A DNA stretch of 64,000 bases from Octopus vulgaris (Eukaryota), in contig OX597817.1 in assembly GCA_951406725.2 (NCBI GenBank), forward strand, positions 150,660,001 through 150,724,000. The letters are read 5' to 3'. Positions 38,829 to 52,178 of the stretch are shown one piece after another (position 1 is the stretch's first letter; each line of letters starts with the position of its first letter). A program made the position numbers and the translations under genes. A model generated the notes under the pieces. The model did not search any database. It saw only the letters and a list, made by a program, of their open reading frames with translations, and was not told where the DNA came from.

Positions 38829-39474
38829 TTAACCCTTTAGCATTCAGATTACTCTATCCAATATAATGCTTATTCAATCATATTCATCATCATCATCATC
38901 GTTTAACATCCGCTTTTCATGCTAGCATGGGTTGGACAATTTGACTGAGGACTGGCGAACCAGGTGGCTGCACCAAGCTCCAATCTGATCTGGCAGAGTT
39001 TCTACAGCTGGATGTCCTTCCTAATGCCAACCACTCCGAGAGTGTAGTGGGTGCTTTTACGTGCCACCGGCATGAGGGCTAGTCAGGCAGTACTGGCAAC
39101 GGTCATGCTCAAATGGTGTTTTTTACGTGCCACCTGCACAGGAGCCAGTCTAGCGGCACTGGCAATGACCTCGCTCGAATGATTTTTCATGTGCCAATAA
39201 GGCACCACTGGTAACGATCACACTCGAATGGTGCTTTTTACTTGCCACTGGCAGGGAAGCCAGTCAGCTGCTCTAGCAACGATCATGCTTGGATGGTGCT
39301 CTTAGTGCTCCACTAGCATGGATCACATTGTTTTGAATTAATCATGCATTATCTTATAACTTCAAGGTTTCATATTAGAATGACATTGTAGAGTAAGTGT
39401 GAGAGGCCAGATCCAGTTTGAATATAAACCAGAATATTTGGACTGCATATGGTTGGTTTGAATGCTAAAGGGTT
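38829..39474. mobile_element. piggyBac-like MITE with nested RTE 3' end (about 38885-39322, minus)
   Basis: Termini ttaaccctttagcatt...aatgctaaagggtta; the insert starts with (cat)n. Confidence 0.75.
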
Positions 39475-39989
39475 ACTATACCGAAGTTGAAACCATCTCC
39501 CATATGTTGCTAATGCTCTTTAGAAAAGTATAAACAGTGATGCAGAGTAAATCATTGTTTTACCTCAAATATAACAATCCATAGATGTTAATATGTAGGT
39601 TTGAGCTAATAAAGCAACTAGATTCAAATGCACATAACTATATCGGATATCATGTGTGAAAGCTACCTGTACTTTTAATCAACAGTACCATGAAGAGTTC
39701 TGGGTCTCTCTTTATGCATTTTTCTTTATGTCTGGCTACTTAAGGAGGTTGACAACCGTTTTTTTAAGTTTGAGAAAAACAGGCTGTTTGTAGGGCATTG
39801 ATTACTAGTTCATAATTAAGAGTGATTGCCTTTGTATATATCACTTCAAATTGTGTCTTTTAGGATTGATCTACCATAGAGCATATTACCAAGAATTTCC
39901 TGTATTCATTTCTTCAGTATTTTCTATATATCTGTGTGTTGAGATTGATGCTATTCATGATTCTCTTGAACCTTTGTAAGTTAAAATTT

Positions 39990-41040
39990 GCAGGAAAGAT
40001 ATGACCAAGTAGGAAATTCCAGTGGACGGAAGGACTAACTGTAGGGATTTATGTGAGGTCTAGCATTGGGTGGACACCATAAGGGTAATGAGAGGAAGAG
40101 AGACAAGCAGTACAGGAATATCTGAGTGTAAGTGACATAAGCCCAACGAAATCCAAGGAACAGCGGCCATTATAGTAGCAGCAGAGAAAGAAGACAAAAT
40201 GCCTGTGGGGCAGATGTTTGAGTATGTTTGTGTGTGACTGTACAAATCAGTTGGGTAACCCTTTTCTGGATGCAGTTGAGGGTGTCTCTGTGTACAGCAG
40301 CAACATCATTTTCATTGTGGGCCTCACTTGTGCTTTGTAAAACATCTATAATTGTTGGGACGTGACCCTAGGTATTTTAATCATCAGAGGTAGATTCTTG
40401 GTGATGATTGGACCCCTAAATGGAAGCAATTTTGAGGGCTCTAGTTAAATGCATGGTGGAGAGCTGCAACACTGCTTTCTTGCTATCGAAATAGACAAAA
40501 CTGGTATATTTCCATCAGAGAATACTTTCAAGGTCTCTGTTCATGGTGTCAGTGTGTATTTAGCATGTGATGCCTTGGTTGTGAATGGAGAATGTTAGGG
40601 AAGAAGGAAGGGTAGCATCATTTGCAAAAGAGCAGATATTGTTGGATCTGCTGGCATGTAAATCAGTGAAGTATAGAAAGAAGAGAGTGGAGGACAAAAC
40701 CAAACCCTGGGGTATGCCAGAGTTGATATGATGATGGATAGAGCTTCATCAACACAAGCACCAAGTGTGCAACATTCACTTGCTATAGTTGAAAGTTTTG
40801 CTGATATCGAAGACAACATTACCTTCACTAAATTCCTCTAAGGCAAGAGCCCATTCGTGGGTGACAGAGGAGAGTAAGTCACCAGTGGTTTTGGCTTTAT
40901 GGAAATTGTAATGGTGATCGTTAAAAAGAGAGAAATCCACAATGTTGTTAATGACTATTTCCATCACATTAGATATTAGAAGCAGTTGCACAAGGGTGAC
41001 AGTTGGCAGGACTGGAGAGATTACTTCCTAATGGTGGCAT
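39990..41040 (-). mobile_element. CR1-like LINE reverse transcriptase remnant
   Basis: DHHYNFHKAKTTGDLL...FDISKTF and GIPQG...FANDATL correspond to the RT motifs QYGFR..STGDLL, DISKAFD, GVPQG and YADD. Confidence 0.8.
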
Positions 41041-41059
41041 ACACCATAATGTGTTTCCA

Positions 41060-41310
41060 AAGATCAATAGATGACAGAATTATTTCACCTCAGTTGGTCC
41101 TGCTCTCTTCAACATTGTGCCAGACACGCATAAAGGAGGAAAGTGACTTCACAGCATTCAAATGATCCCTAGATGATTACCCCCAACAAATAGCAGATAA
41201 ACCACCCACACCCAGATATGTCTTTGGAAACGATAACCCTCTGCTTGAATGGGCTACGGTTCTCCAGAACTTACTGTGTATCTCTTCCAGGTGGTGCTAT
41301 TAAATTCAAC
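41060..41310 (+). mobile_element. L2/CR1-type LINE 3' end
   Basis: GPALFNIVP...FK*SLDDY...ADKPPTPRY C-terminal pattern. Confidence 0.6.
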
Positions 41311-42274
41311 TAACAAGTTCAACATACTCAGTTTATTGTATTAATGCTAAAAAATGTTTTGAATCAACCTATATTCACATGCACATATAATAAGAGTCAT
41401 GAATGCCTGAGTCAATGATATCAAATAATTATCCAGTCAGTTAGCATTCTGTCATCATTATTATGGTACCATTTCCGTGTGATGTTCCAACTTATCTTGC
41501 TATAAATAGAAACCACTGCTTGTGTACTTTTCTACTGTAGCACTGTCAAATTGACAAGTGTTTTGTTTGGCTTGCAAAGCTGAGTTCAACCCCTATCCTA
41601 GATATGACCAAAAGAACACTTTAGAGTTCATTTTTCTTATCTATATGCCGAAATATATAATGGAATCATACTTGTGATTAGACACAAATGGATAAAGTTT
41701 TATATATTGGCTGTGTGGTTAAGAAGCTCACTTTGCAATCACATGGTTTCGGGTTCAGTTCCACTATGCAGCACCTTGGACAAGTGGATTTTATTATAAC
41801 CCTTGGTTGACCAATGCCTTGTGAGTGAATTTGGTAGATGGAAATTGTGAAGAAGTTTGTGTGTGTATATATATACACACTGCGCTGGTACAGTCATGTA
41901 ATGCATATGAATGAAGACAGTTGCACCAAGAAACCTGGGCAGCTCCTGTCAAACTGTCCAACCCATGCCAGCATAGAAAATGGATGGTTGATGATGATGA
42001 TGATAAACGCACATATATTTGTGTGTGAGTCTGTGTTTGTTCCCCACTATTCCTTGACAATTGGAGTTGATTTATTCTCTTATTCTTTTACTTGTTCCAG
42101 TCATTTAACTGTGGCCATGCTGGAGCACTGCCTTTAGTCAAGCAAATCGAACCCAGGACCTATTCATTTGTAAGCCCAGTACCTATTCTATCGGTCTCCT
42201 TTGCCGAACCACCATGTTACGGGGACGCAAACACACTAGCATTGGTTTTGTTTATATACTTGTAACAAGTTAGT

Positions 42275-42995
42275 GAAGGCACATGGCTTAGTAGTTAGGA
42301 TATTCAGCTCATGATCAGAAGGTTGTGAGTTCAATACCTGTCAGCATGTTGTGTCATTGAGCAAGACACTTTATTTCACGTTGCTCTAGTCCACTCAGTA
42401 GACAAAAATGATTTGTAACTGCAATCGAATGGGTTAGCCTTGTCACATCCTTTATCATGCTGAATCTTCATGCAAACTATGTTACGAGTATATGTGTGTC
42501 TGTGGAGTGCTCAGCCACTTACACATTAATTTCATGAGAAGACTCTTTTATTCGTTTCGGTCATTTGACTGCAGCCATGCTGGAGCACCACCTTTAGTCA
42601 GGAAACCGACCCTAGGATTTATTCTTTGTAAGCCTAGTACTTATTCTAGCAGTCTCTTTTGCTGAACCACTAAGTTACGGGGACGTAAACACACCAGCAT
42701 CGGTTGTCAAATGATGTTGGGGCGGGGGTGGGTGGGACACAGACACAAACACACATGCATATATCTATATACATATATATGATGAGCTTCTTTCAGTTTC
42801 CATCTACCAAATCCATTCACAAAGCTTTGGTCAGCCTGAGGCTATGGTAGAAGACACTTGCCCAAGGTGCCATGCAGTGAGACTGAACCCGGAACCATGT
42901 GGTTGGTAAGCGAGCTACTTACCACACAGCCACTCCTGCGCCTATTGTTTAGTTGATCAGACCAGCTGGAACCTTCATTGTCATAACTGATGGAG
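42275..42995 (+). mobile_element. SINE family B interrupted by full-length SINE family A (42543-42942, minus)
   Basis: Family B sequence stops near 42540 and resumes near 42945. Confidence 0.8.
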
Positions 42996-43273
42996 TATCA
43001 GACTTAAGAATAAGTACTGGGGTCCTTTTGTTTGATTAAAACCTTCAGGGCAGTGCCCCAGCTTGGCTGTAGTCCAATGAATGGAACAAATAAAAGATAG
43101 ATGTGTATGTGTGTGTGTATTTGTAAAGATGGGAAGCAGCTTTTTAAGATGTGTTGTCAAAATGTGATTATAAGTTACTTTTGATATTTCCTTGATATGT
43201 TTTAACTAAATAGATTTTTCGTAGAATAATGCAATAAAGATAAATCCATTTTAAACATAAAAAGTGAGAATGT

Positions 43274-43672
43274 CATCATCATTGTCATCGTTTAACATCC
43301 ACTTTCCATGCTGGCAGTGGTTGGATGGTTTGATTGAGGACTGGCAAGCCGGGAGGCTGCACCAGGCTCTGATCTGGCAAGGTTTCTACAACTAGATGCC
43401 CTTCTTAATGCCAACCACTCCGAAAGCGTAGTGGTTGCTTTTTATGTGCCACTGGCATAGGGGCCAGTCAGGTGGCACTGGCATCAACCATGCCCAAATG
43501 ATGCTTGTTATGTGCCACCAGCACAGGAGCCAGTCAGGGGGCACTGGCATCAACCAAACTCAAACTTTTACATGCCACTGGCATGGGAGCTAGTCAGGCA
43601 GCACTGGCATCGACCATGCTTGAATGGTGCTTTTTACGTGCCACCAGCACTGGCATCAGTCACACTTGAATG
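43274..43672 (-). mobile_element. RTE-type LINE 3' end with about four tandem ~60 bp units
   Basis: Repeated tgccactggca...gccagtcagg...gcactggcatc units; (cat)n start. Confidence 0.75.
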
Positions 43673-43724
43673 AAAAGCACCTCAAGCAGCTCTAAGAATG
43701 CAGACATTATCAGTTGCACATATA

Positions 43725-43952
43725 TAACGTATGTATTTTGCCTGTATGCCAACTTGCTGCAGGATATAATTCTGGGAAAGCTCAGCACATGGCACTGAAT
43801 GTCTCAGACAGGCAAGTCAACCTACCCAAGGTGATTGAGGGTTGTCTTGCCTGTCTCAGGCATTCTGTGTTCTTTAACACTTGATGTTGTGTGGGATGCT
43901 TTCTCAGGATGCTGTCCTGCAGCAAGTTTATATATAGGCAAAACATACATTA
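43725..43952. repeat. Imperfect palindrome (fold-back), about 230 bp
   Basis: gtattttgcctgtat...aacttgctgcagga...agacaggcaag is mirrored by cttgcctgtct...tcctgcagcaagtt...ataggcaaaac. Confidence 0.8.
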
Positions 43953-44243
43953 GTGTGGAGGCACAATGGCCTAGTGGTTAGAGCAGTGGACTCGCGGGTT
44001 CGAATCTCAGACCGGACAATGTGTGTGTTTATGAGTGAAACACCTAACCTCCACGCTGCTCTGGCAGAAGGTAATGGCGAAACTTCTGCTGACTCTTTCG
44101 CCACAACTTTCTCTCACTCTTTCCTCCTACACCTTGCAGCTCACCTGCGATAGACCGGCATCCCGTCCAGGTGGGGAACCTATACGCCAAGAAACCGGCC
44201 CTTATGAGCCAGACATGGCTCAAGAAGGAACAAACAACAACAA
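43953..44243 (+). mobile_element. SINE family C
   Basis: Homologous to 3772-4083; TSD caaaacatacatta; (caa)n tail. Confidence 0.85.
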
Positions 44244-44824
44244 CAAAACATACATTATGTATGTGTGTGTCTGTATGTATGTATATTCTAGCACTAAAAA
44301 TAGATCCGCTAGGGTTTCAGCCACGAAGAATTGTTTCCGATGAAAGTTAGCACAACTATTAGCGTAAACAAACAGGGCAAATAAAAATAACAAAAATGCA
44401 GATTAATTCAGGACAATTGTTTCACTATCAACAAATTACGTAATTTTACTCACATAACATATCTGTAGCTCCTCGGCTGAATTTGTCTAGAATACAATTT
44501 ACTCAACCGCATGCTAGATTTTACCATAACAATAAACACACATGTGGTTGAGTCGATTGCATTCGCCGTTATAATTCAATTGCCCCCACCAAAGCCTGCC
44601 AAAATTCATGGAAACAGATACTACATCAAAAATTAGATGCAGTATAATTACAATCATCTAATAAGGGTGAGAAAATTGGATACTAATTTAATAGTACCAT
44701 CAATTTGACACCAGATACTAATTTAATTGTACCTTCAATTTAACACCAAGTTGCTTAGTGCATAAAAACCCGGAATATAATAAATTTTATATGTAAATAT
44801 AAGAGAGTGACCACTATGTGGTCT

Positions 44825-44873
<49 letters not shown>

Positions 44874-45321
44874 TATATATATACATATATATATCTATAT
44901 ATATATATATACACACACATATATACATATATATATATTTGCGTATGTATGTTACCTTGATGAGTGGTTAAAATTCAGTTTTTAGTGAAGATAGTTACTT
45001 TTTCTCTTTTATTGTTTAATGTGAGGAGGAGGTTAGCACCTAATACTTTTCATTTTCTCAGATTTTTCCTAGACTGGTGATATTGGTATACAGTTTCAAC
45101 TTCTACAAATTAATACCTATTGTGAAAATATGAACAGGAAGGGTGAAATAGTTCCAGAGGGTTGCATTTCTTGGGGTATAATGACTAGAAAAAGTATCTC
45201 AGTAGAGTTTAAGGAAAAAGCTGCAGTAGGGATGAAAAAGAAGAGAGACACATGTATTGGCTGGGTTAGAGCAGACATAAAATGTAATATTGCCAGCTAA
45301 GAATCAAAGTTATATCATGTA

Positions 45322-45621
45322 CTAGCAGTATCGCCCGGCGTTGCTCGGGTTTGTAAGGAAAATAACTATATAAGCATTTTTAGAGAGTTACTTCCCTTAT
45401 ATAATAGCTAAAAAATGCATTAAAAATGGGGAAAAAATGATGGTAAATTTTTTTTTAAATCGTAGACTCATCGTAGATGCGTGCTAATACCCAGAAGGGC
45501 TCGATATGAATCACGACTATAAGATACCCGCTTTTGGTTACACTGCACCGCAAAATGTGGGAGTAGTTAGGAATCTAAATCGTAGGAGACAGACACACAA
45601 CTTCACTTTTATATATAAAGA
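45322..45621 (-). mobile_element. Short non-autonomous Helitron
   Basis: Minus strand reads A|TCTTTATATA ... cccgagcaacgccggg ... CTAG|T. Confidence 0.85.
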
Positions 45622-45959
45622 TTTGAACCTACAGATTTCACTACTGTTGCTTTTAACATAATAGTATTCCAGTTATCATCATACTTCCTTTTTTTCTTTT
45701 ACATGCATGTGGCACTAACCAGCATGTTCCTTTTGGGTAAGGCTTTATTTGGAGGAAATTTGGTTACTATTTCTAGCAGTTTCAGTAATTACAGAGGTTC
45801 CTAGCTAGTGTTCATTGCTTACAAAAGTTGGTCATTTGATAAAATCAGTAGATTGGGATGATTGTCCTGAGTTCAAATGTAATAAAGTGGACTTTGCCTT
45901 TGAATATTAAGTACATTAATATACTGGAATTAAAGCAATCATTTGTACTTCTCATAAGG

Positions 45960-46560
45960 AAGCTAGCACGCTCTGCTGAATGAGTAATGTTAGTGTGCAC
46001 ACACAACTGAGTGTAAGTGATTTAAGAGGAAAACTGAGTATAAAAAGCAGCAGATGTGTGCAAGAGAGAAGACTGCACTGGTTTGGTCATATGATGTGGA
46101 TGGATGAGGACAGCTGCATAAAGAAGTGCCAAGCTCTAATTGTTGAGGGAACCTGTGGAATGAGTAAACCCAGGAAGACGTGGGACAAAGTGGTGAGAAA
46201 GGATCCTCAGATACTGGTCCACACTGAGGATATGACAACTGACTGGGAGTTGTGGTGATTTGCTGTACTTGAGAAGATGCGTCAAGCTAAGTAAAATTGT
46301 GGTCATCCATGCATAAAGACTTGTCCTTTGTAGGTGTCAGTACCATGTAAAATGCACTCGTGCTGGTACTGAGTAAATGCACCTGTGCTGGTGGCACTTA
46401 AAAGCACCCAGCACACTCTGTGAAGTGGTTGGCATTAGGAAAGGCATCCAGCCATTAAAAAAAAATCATGCCAAAACAGACAACTGGAGTCTGGACAGCT
46501 CCCGTCAAACCGTTCAACCCATGCCAGCATGGAAAATGGATGTTAAATGATGATGATGAT
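45960..46560 (+). mobile_element. RTE LINE 3' ORF remnant plus 3' UTR with (GAT)n tail
   Basis: RRLHWFGHMMWM...KPRKTWDKVVRKD, followed by the GAT-tailed repeat. Confidence 0.8.
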
Positions 46561-46659
46561 AGAAGCTGGTCTTCAGTCTAGCAATTAATGTTGATTTTAT
46601 TTTTAAGAGCTAAACCCTTCAATTTCTTTTCCTCTGTTCAACGACCTATCTTGATCTTT

Positions 46660-48170
46660 GCAAACATTACTATAAGCTCCATTTCCCACCACAGGCAACC
46701 CTTTGGCCTTATCACATATCACATTCACTTCCACCACCTTAAAGGTAATGGAGTCAGTCATTACCAACGCCTTCAACACATTGAAACACTCTTCCTATTT
46801 AGTAATCACCAGTATGGTTTCCACGAAACTAGATCTTATGAAATCCTGTTCTCCAGTGTTACTTAACCTTGAGAAATTTAGTGAAAACATTTTTTGACCA
46901 TGTCTAAGCGTGCAGAGTCTCTGGCTAAGATGCAGGCTCCATCCATCTTTTATCTCTTGGATTGAGGTGTGTGCTGATAGAGCTCTCTCTGATTCTTGTG
47001 TGTCCTAAGATTTAGTTCCTCCACACACTTCTGTCTATGCTTCAACAACCTACTTACCATGACCCCCAACAACACCCATTCCTATGCATATAATACCTCA
47101 CTTCATTTTTCTTTAACTACCATTCCTGAGCATTATCCACATGCAGCCAACATGACTCACACCAAACCCGCATTAGCTCTATTAGCAGACATGAAAAAAA
47201 AAAACATTGTCCATTAGGGTCTTGCCAATCTTGTCTCCTTTAACAGCACAATGACACAATCACTACTCATAACAAGAATACAATGTTGTACCCAGGGCTG
47301 GATTAAGACCCATAGAAGTCCTAGGCACTTAAAAGATTTTGGTACCCTCATATATATGTAATTCAAAATAAAACAATAATAAGCCATAAAATTAATTTTG
47401 TTTTTTCAAAATGAAACAGTACTAACAGTAAGATGGAAAATAATGTTTATTTTCTTCCTACTTATTTTAACGGCAAAGTCTTCAATCAGATCCTCACTAT
47501 GACACTATGAACACTTTGAAATTATATTTCTAATCATATAAACCACTTCAAATATTTAGCAAGTTTAGAGTGATCTCTCTTTGTGCCTTAAACCATTTAC
47601 CATTTCTGTGGTGTCCCCCTTTCTTTGATGCTCTAAGCATGTGGTTATTTTGCTTAATGGTTAATCCAGCACTGATTGTACCTATCTTTGAACCACACAC
47701 AGGTAGTGAGATCCACAATAGAATACTGCTCCCACAGTTTGGGTCTGCACATATTTTAGACCACATTCCCCAAAATGGCCATCTAACTGATTGACATTAA
47801 GTTGCTTACTACAACCTTAGATCCACAAGCTTACTGTCTTCTCACTCTTTTTTTTTTTTTTTGTTAAACTACTGTTACTCTGTTATAATATCTTGTAATC
47901 CTCAGAGTGGCTGGTCTTGTGTTACTCTCACTTGTTTCTCCTCTTCCTTTCATCATTCACCCTACCTTAGGGCTCGCACCAACCACTTCACTCAGTCTTT
48001 GCTCCTCAGATCATTTTGAAATTCCCTCCCTGCAAATGCTTTTCCTACAATTGAAAAACTTGCATCTGTTGTAGAGGAACACTAACCATGTCAGTTTCAC
48101 TGGTCTTGGAGGGCCTTACAAAAGCCATAGGTACAACTCCTCCCTCTTGACCAAATCTTAATGAATAAAG
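46660..48170 (+). mobile_element. CR1-like LINE remnant with nested hAT-like MITE
   Basis: KVMESVI, NHQYGFHETRS, HSYAYNTSLH and NLVSFN motifs. Confidence 0.7.
47293..47674. mobile_element. hAT-like MITE
   Basis: TIRs cagggctggattaa and ttaatccagcactg; TSD gttgtacc/attgtacc. Confidence 0.8.
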
Positions 48171-51100
48171 AAAAATAAATAATAAATTCAATTATATTAC
48201 AGATTCTCTTAAGAAACATACGCATTGTTACATTTTCCTCTCATTTTCATGTAAATGCATGGCTTTGTGTTCTGCTAAAAGAATCAATACAGATTGCTTT
48301 CATAGTAAACAAATGGAACACAATAACAGATAATGTGTATTGATTGAATCAGAAAGAAAACTCCTATCCTGATAGGAGAGTATTTAAAATATTTGTTGCT
48401 AGGCAACAATTGCTAAGCAACAAACACAAACAGAAGCTGCTAAAGCACTAAATTTGTAGTGTCTTTCACTATTTTCAATATATTTTATATATTCATATTG
48501 TTTGTTATCCTTAATTACATCTAAATTAATTAGTATAAATTACTTTTGTCAAAACTTTGATCTTCCTTGCCAAAGACCATCATTGAAATTTAAACAACTT
48601 CTTATTTCGAAGTAATATTTCAGAAAAAAATTAAACCCTCTCATTGAGAATATAGCTACTACTCAATAATTAAAATAATACATCTCGTTTTAACAAGCTA
48701 TTTATATCTAAACCTTTTTCTAGTCCTCAAAGGTTTTTATTTTAATTTCTCATACTCAAGATTTAGATATATATCCATTAATTTCATTAACTTTGTAATT
48801 TGTTCAACTTTTTCTTGTACTTGAATAACGTTACTGTTTACATACAGCATCAAATAACTTTTAGAATATCCAACAGTTTAAATGTAAATCAAACATGTTG
48901 TCACTAATGTTTAGCCTCAGGACAGCCCTTTATTTAACAGCTCCATGATTAAAGGTGTTCCAACCCTGACTATCTTGTCTTTCTCTATATCTAGTACTAC
49001 ATTGTCTAATGTGTCCTTCCATTTTTTTTTAAAGATGCTTGGGTATGATTTAAGGAAAATTTGGTTACTATTTCTAATCAGTCAAATGATCAAAATACTC
49101 TGTTATTGACTTGTCAACTTTGTCTTTGAAGCAGATGTGAAAATGTAGCCTAATCAAACAGCTTTGTAGGAAGTTTTCTTGTATCCCAGCTGGATTTGTT
49201 CAACTAATAAGAGCACAAGAGAAAAATATATACCAATAATTATGAAGTTGGCCTTGTGTGCATTTTAAACATTTAAAAAATATATTTTGATGGTTCCTTC
49301 ACATAAAAAAGAGCTTGCCCTTTGATCTATTTCAGGGCTTTTGAGACTGACTGAAGAAAGAGAGTAAGTTATCCTCTGAGTAGAGACCAGACCTGAAGGC
49401 TTTACAATAGAATGGACTCTACTAATAGCACACTAATGAATCAAGTAATGTTGTTAAGCCAGAATACATATTAAGTTTACTGCTCAAGAATAGGAATAGT
49501 CTCATCAAAGGACTTCTGCATCGTTTCTGTTCCCAAATTTCAATCACAAGGTATTGGTTGGTTCATGGCTATTGTAGAAGACTTGTGCCCAAGGTGCCAT
49601 GTAGTGGGTTGGAACCAGGGAGCCAAATAATTGCAAAATAAATGTCTTCCTGTACAGAGGTTGTAGGTTGGAAGTCGATGTAGGTAGTCATTGTAAAATC
49701 TAGGTGAAAGTGCAATGGGCTCTACAACAGTAAAGTGATGGAAATCAAACTAAAAGCTAAATAACTGTTCAAATACAACAAAGAAGCTAATAAGGGTTAG
49801 TTGAGATATAGCCATTACTAATTATTGTGGCACAGATAATAATGAAATTTCTGTAAATCCTTAATCTGCATATGGGCAAGATATTTTTGCACTCTCGTTT
49901 GGTACAATAATTCACTGATCAAGAGGAGACCTACAATGTCACAGTTTGTTGTGTATTTGTGAAATTAAATACTAAAATCTTTCAACAGATGTATTTCCAA
50001 CATATTTTTATTTTACTTATTATTTGATAGTTGGAAAATTAAAGATAGGGGTTCTCTTATATGACAAAATGTAACAATTTAATAATCAGAGAGAGACTCA
50101 TAAACTGTATAGAAATTCTATATTATTAAATATGTTTCCTATCATGGCAATAGCTTTTCTGTTATAGTAATAAATGATTATATGTTAAAATGATACCAAA
50201 CTTAGATAACAGCTTTTATGAATTTGGTAGAATTTTATTCTCTGAATTGCATTGGTTTAACAAACTCATTCGTTCGACTCGAAGCTATGGTAAAAACACT
50301 TCCCTAAAATTCCACGGTGGGACTGAAATCGGATCCTCGTAATTATTGTGAAGAGAACTTTGCTATGCCAATGTCCAAAAAATCCAACACAGCTAATGCA
50401 TTATGCACCGAATCTACTCGAACCAACGAGGTAACTTCAACGTGGTCACTCGAACTGTTAGAAATAGTAGAGGATTCTTTCAAATTATAATGCAGTTTTA
50501 AAAGCAGAAGGATGCATTGGTCCTATATAAACAATAAGATGGTGTCCACGGTTGGAACACATTTGATCACAGGTTTGCTGGATTAGGATTGACCTGGGGT
50601 TGAACAATGACAACGTATGCTTTCTTCCTCTGTCTATCTCTGAAGTTGATCATAAGTATTCAAAAAGATATTCCAATGGTATGCAGATGCCCAAATGCTT
50701 ATTCATCGTTGTAATAGTGCAAAGGTTACAAACTTCGACATTTTTATGTAGATGACTATTTTACCAGAGTTCAGTAACTGGCATCATTTTGGATAAAGGA
50801 CTAATGTCTTTCAGTTACTTAACTCTTCAGAAACCTTGAAAGTCGGGTAATGCTTAATGTTTTTGAAGGCAGATTTTTAGCTCTACTCTTCAGAAACATA
50901 ATCAATGCTGGAACTCTTCGGTTTCGCTGTAGTTAAAAGTAAATAAAAGAATATATTTCTTATACTGGAGTGTTTCTCTATCTGTCTGTCTCTCTCACTC
51001 TTGGAAATATATGAAATAAATGAAGGGAAATAACTCTAATTGCTTTATTTGCATTCACAATAAAAACACATGGAACGTGTTTCAGGAAATTAGGTCATGT

Positions 51101-51974
51101 TTTTAAATATCACGTGACAATGCGGGTTTCTATGGATATTATAAATAGTGCTCTTTTCGTTTTGATATGTAAATTCTTACTTTGTTACGTTTTGTATACG
51201 CTCACTCTTGTACAGGCTCTTCGGGGGATGGGAATTGCGTGTGTGCGCGCGGTTGATTTTGTATGAAAAGGCGTGGGTTATTGTTAGTAAATAAACGAAC
51301 GGTAAATGAGATTGTAATGATTTTGAGAGAGGTGCAAGCGAAATATTTTATCTAAAAGGTACAACGCATACAAGAAGTAGTTTTACATGGTTTTGAGAAT
51401 TGATTTAAGATAATTTCTATAAACGCATTTCATATTATTTTGAATAGTGTAACTGTTTAAAAAAAATTACTTTAGCAACTATTTGTAATATTTATTAAGT
51501 TTATATGTATCTCAGCTTGTAAAACTTAGTATTATATATAATACACTCCACAAAATTTGAAGTAATATATGTTGCAAGAAAATTTTATCATTATGTTATT
51601 TCGTATCAGTACCTGTATAATCCTTCTTTACACTGTTCTGTAAAAGACTCGACCGGGACAACAAAATTAACTTAAAGGGGTGGCTACTACTTCAAGCAAT
51701 GCACCACCCCCCGCACTTTTTTTTTCTTCATTCTATTTTTTTTTTAAATTCTATTTGTAAGACAAAAGAGGAACGAGTTTTAATGCACAGTAATTTGCGA
51801 TTAAAACCTTTTCATTTCGTCTTCTTTTATAAATTTTAAAATATATTCTATGTGCACTAACATATTTCTACATATATATCCAGTAAAAGGAGAAGTCCTG
51901 TAGTATGATGGCATGTGGAAGCCGATAACCATATAGGAGCTTTGAAATGCACGTTATGATGCTATTATCTAGAT

Positions 51975-52178
51975 CAGTGGTTTTCAACCAGGGTTCCGCG
52001 GAACCTGGAACCTTAGGGTTCTGCAAGAAGTTACAAAACTGCTAAAATCGGCAGTAATTTTTAATTCTCCTGTGCAGATATGTGTGCATAAGACAATTAA
52101 ATTATTGCACAGGGGTTCCTCGAGCCAGTGGAATGTTTCCTTGGGGTTCCGCTCCAGCAAAAAGTTTGAAAAGCATTG
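51975..52178. mobile_element. hAT-like MITE
   Basis: TIRs cagtggttttcaa and ttgaaaagcattg; TSD atctagat/atcgagat. Confidence 0.8.

Noticed and set aside
43440-43670. CRISPR-like regularly spaced repeats (also 1421-1600 and 39060-39320)
   Set aside because: The units are diverged tandem copies without unique spacers, inside a LINE tail; eukaryotic context and no cas genes.
51263-51301. Alternative first coding exon MKRRGLLLVNKRT
   Set aside because: It ends in phase 0 while exon 59597 needs phase 1; kept only as a possible non-coding exon.
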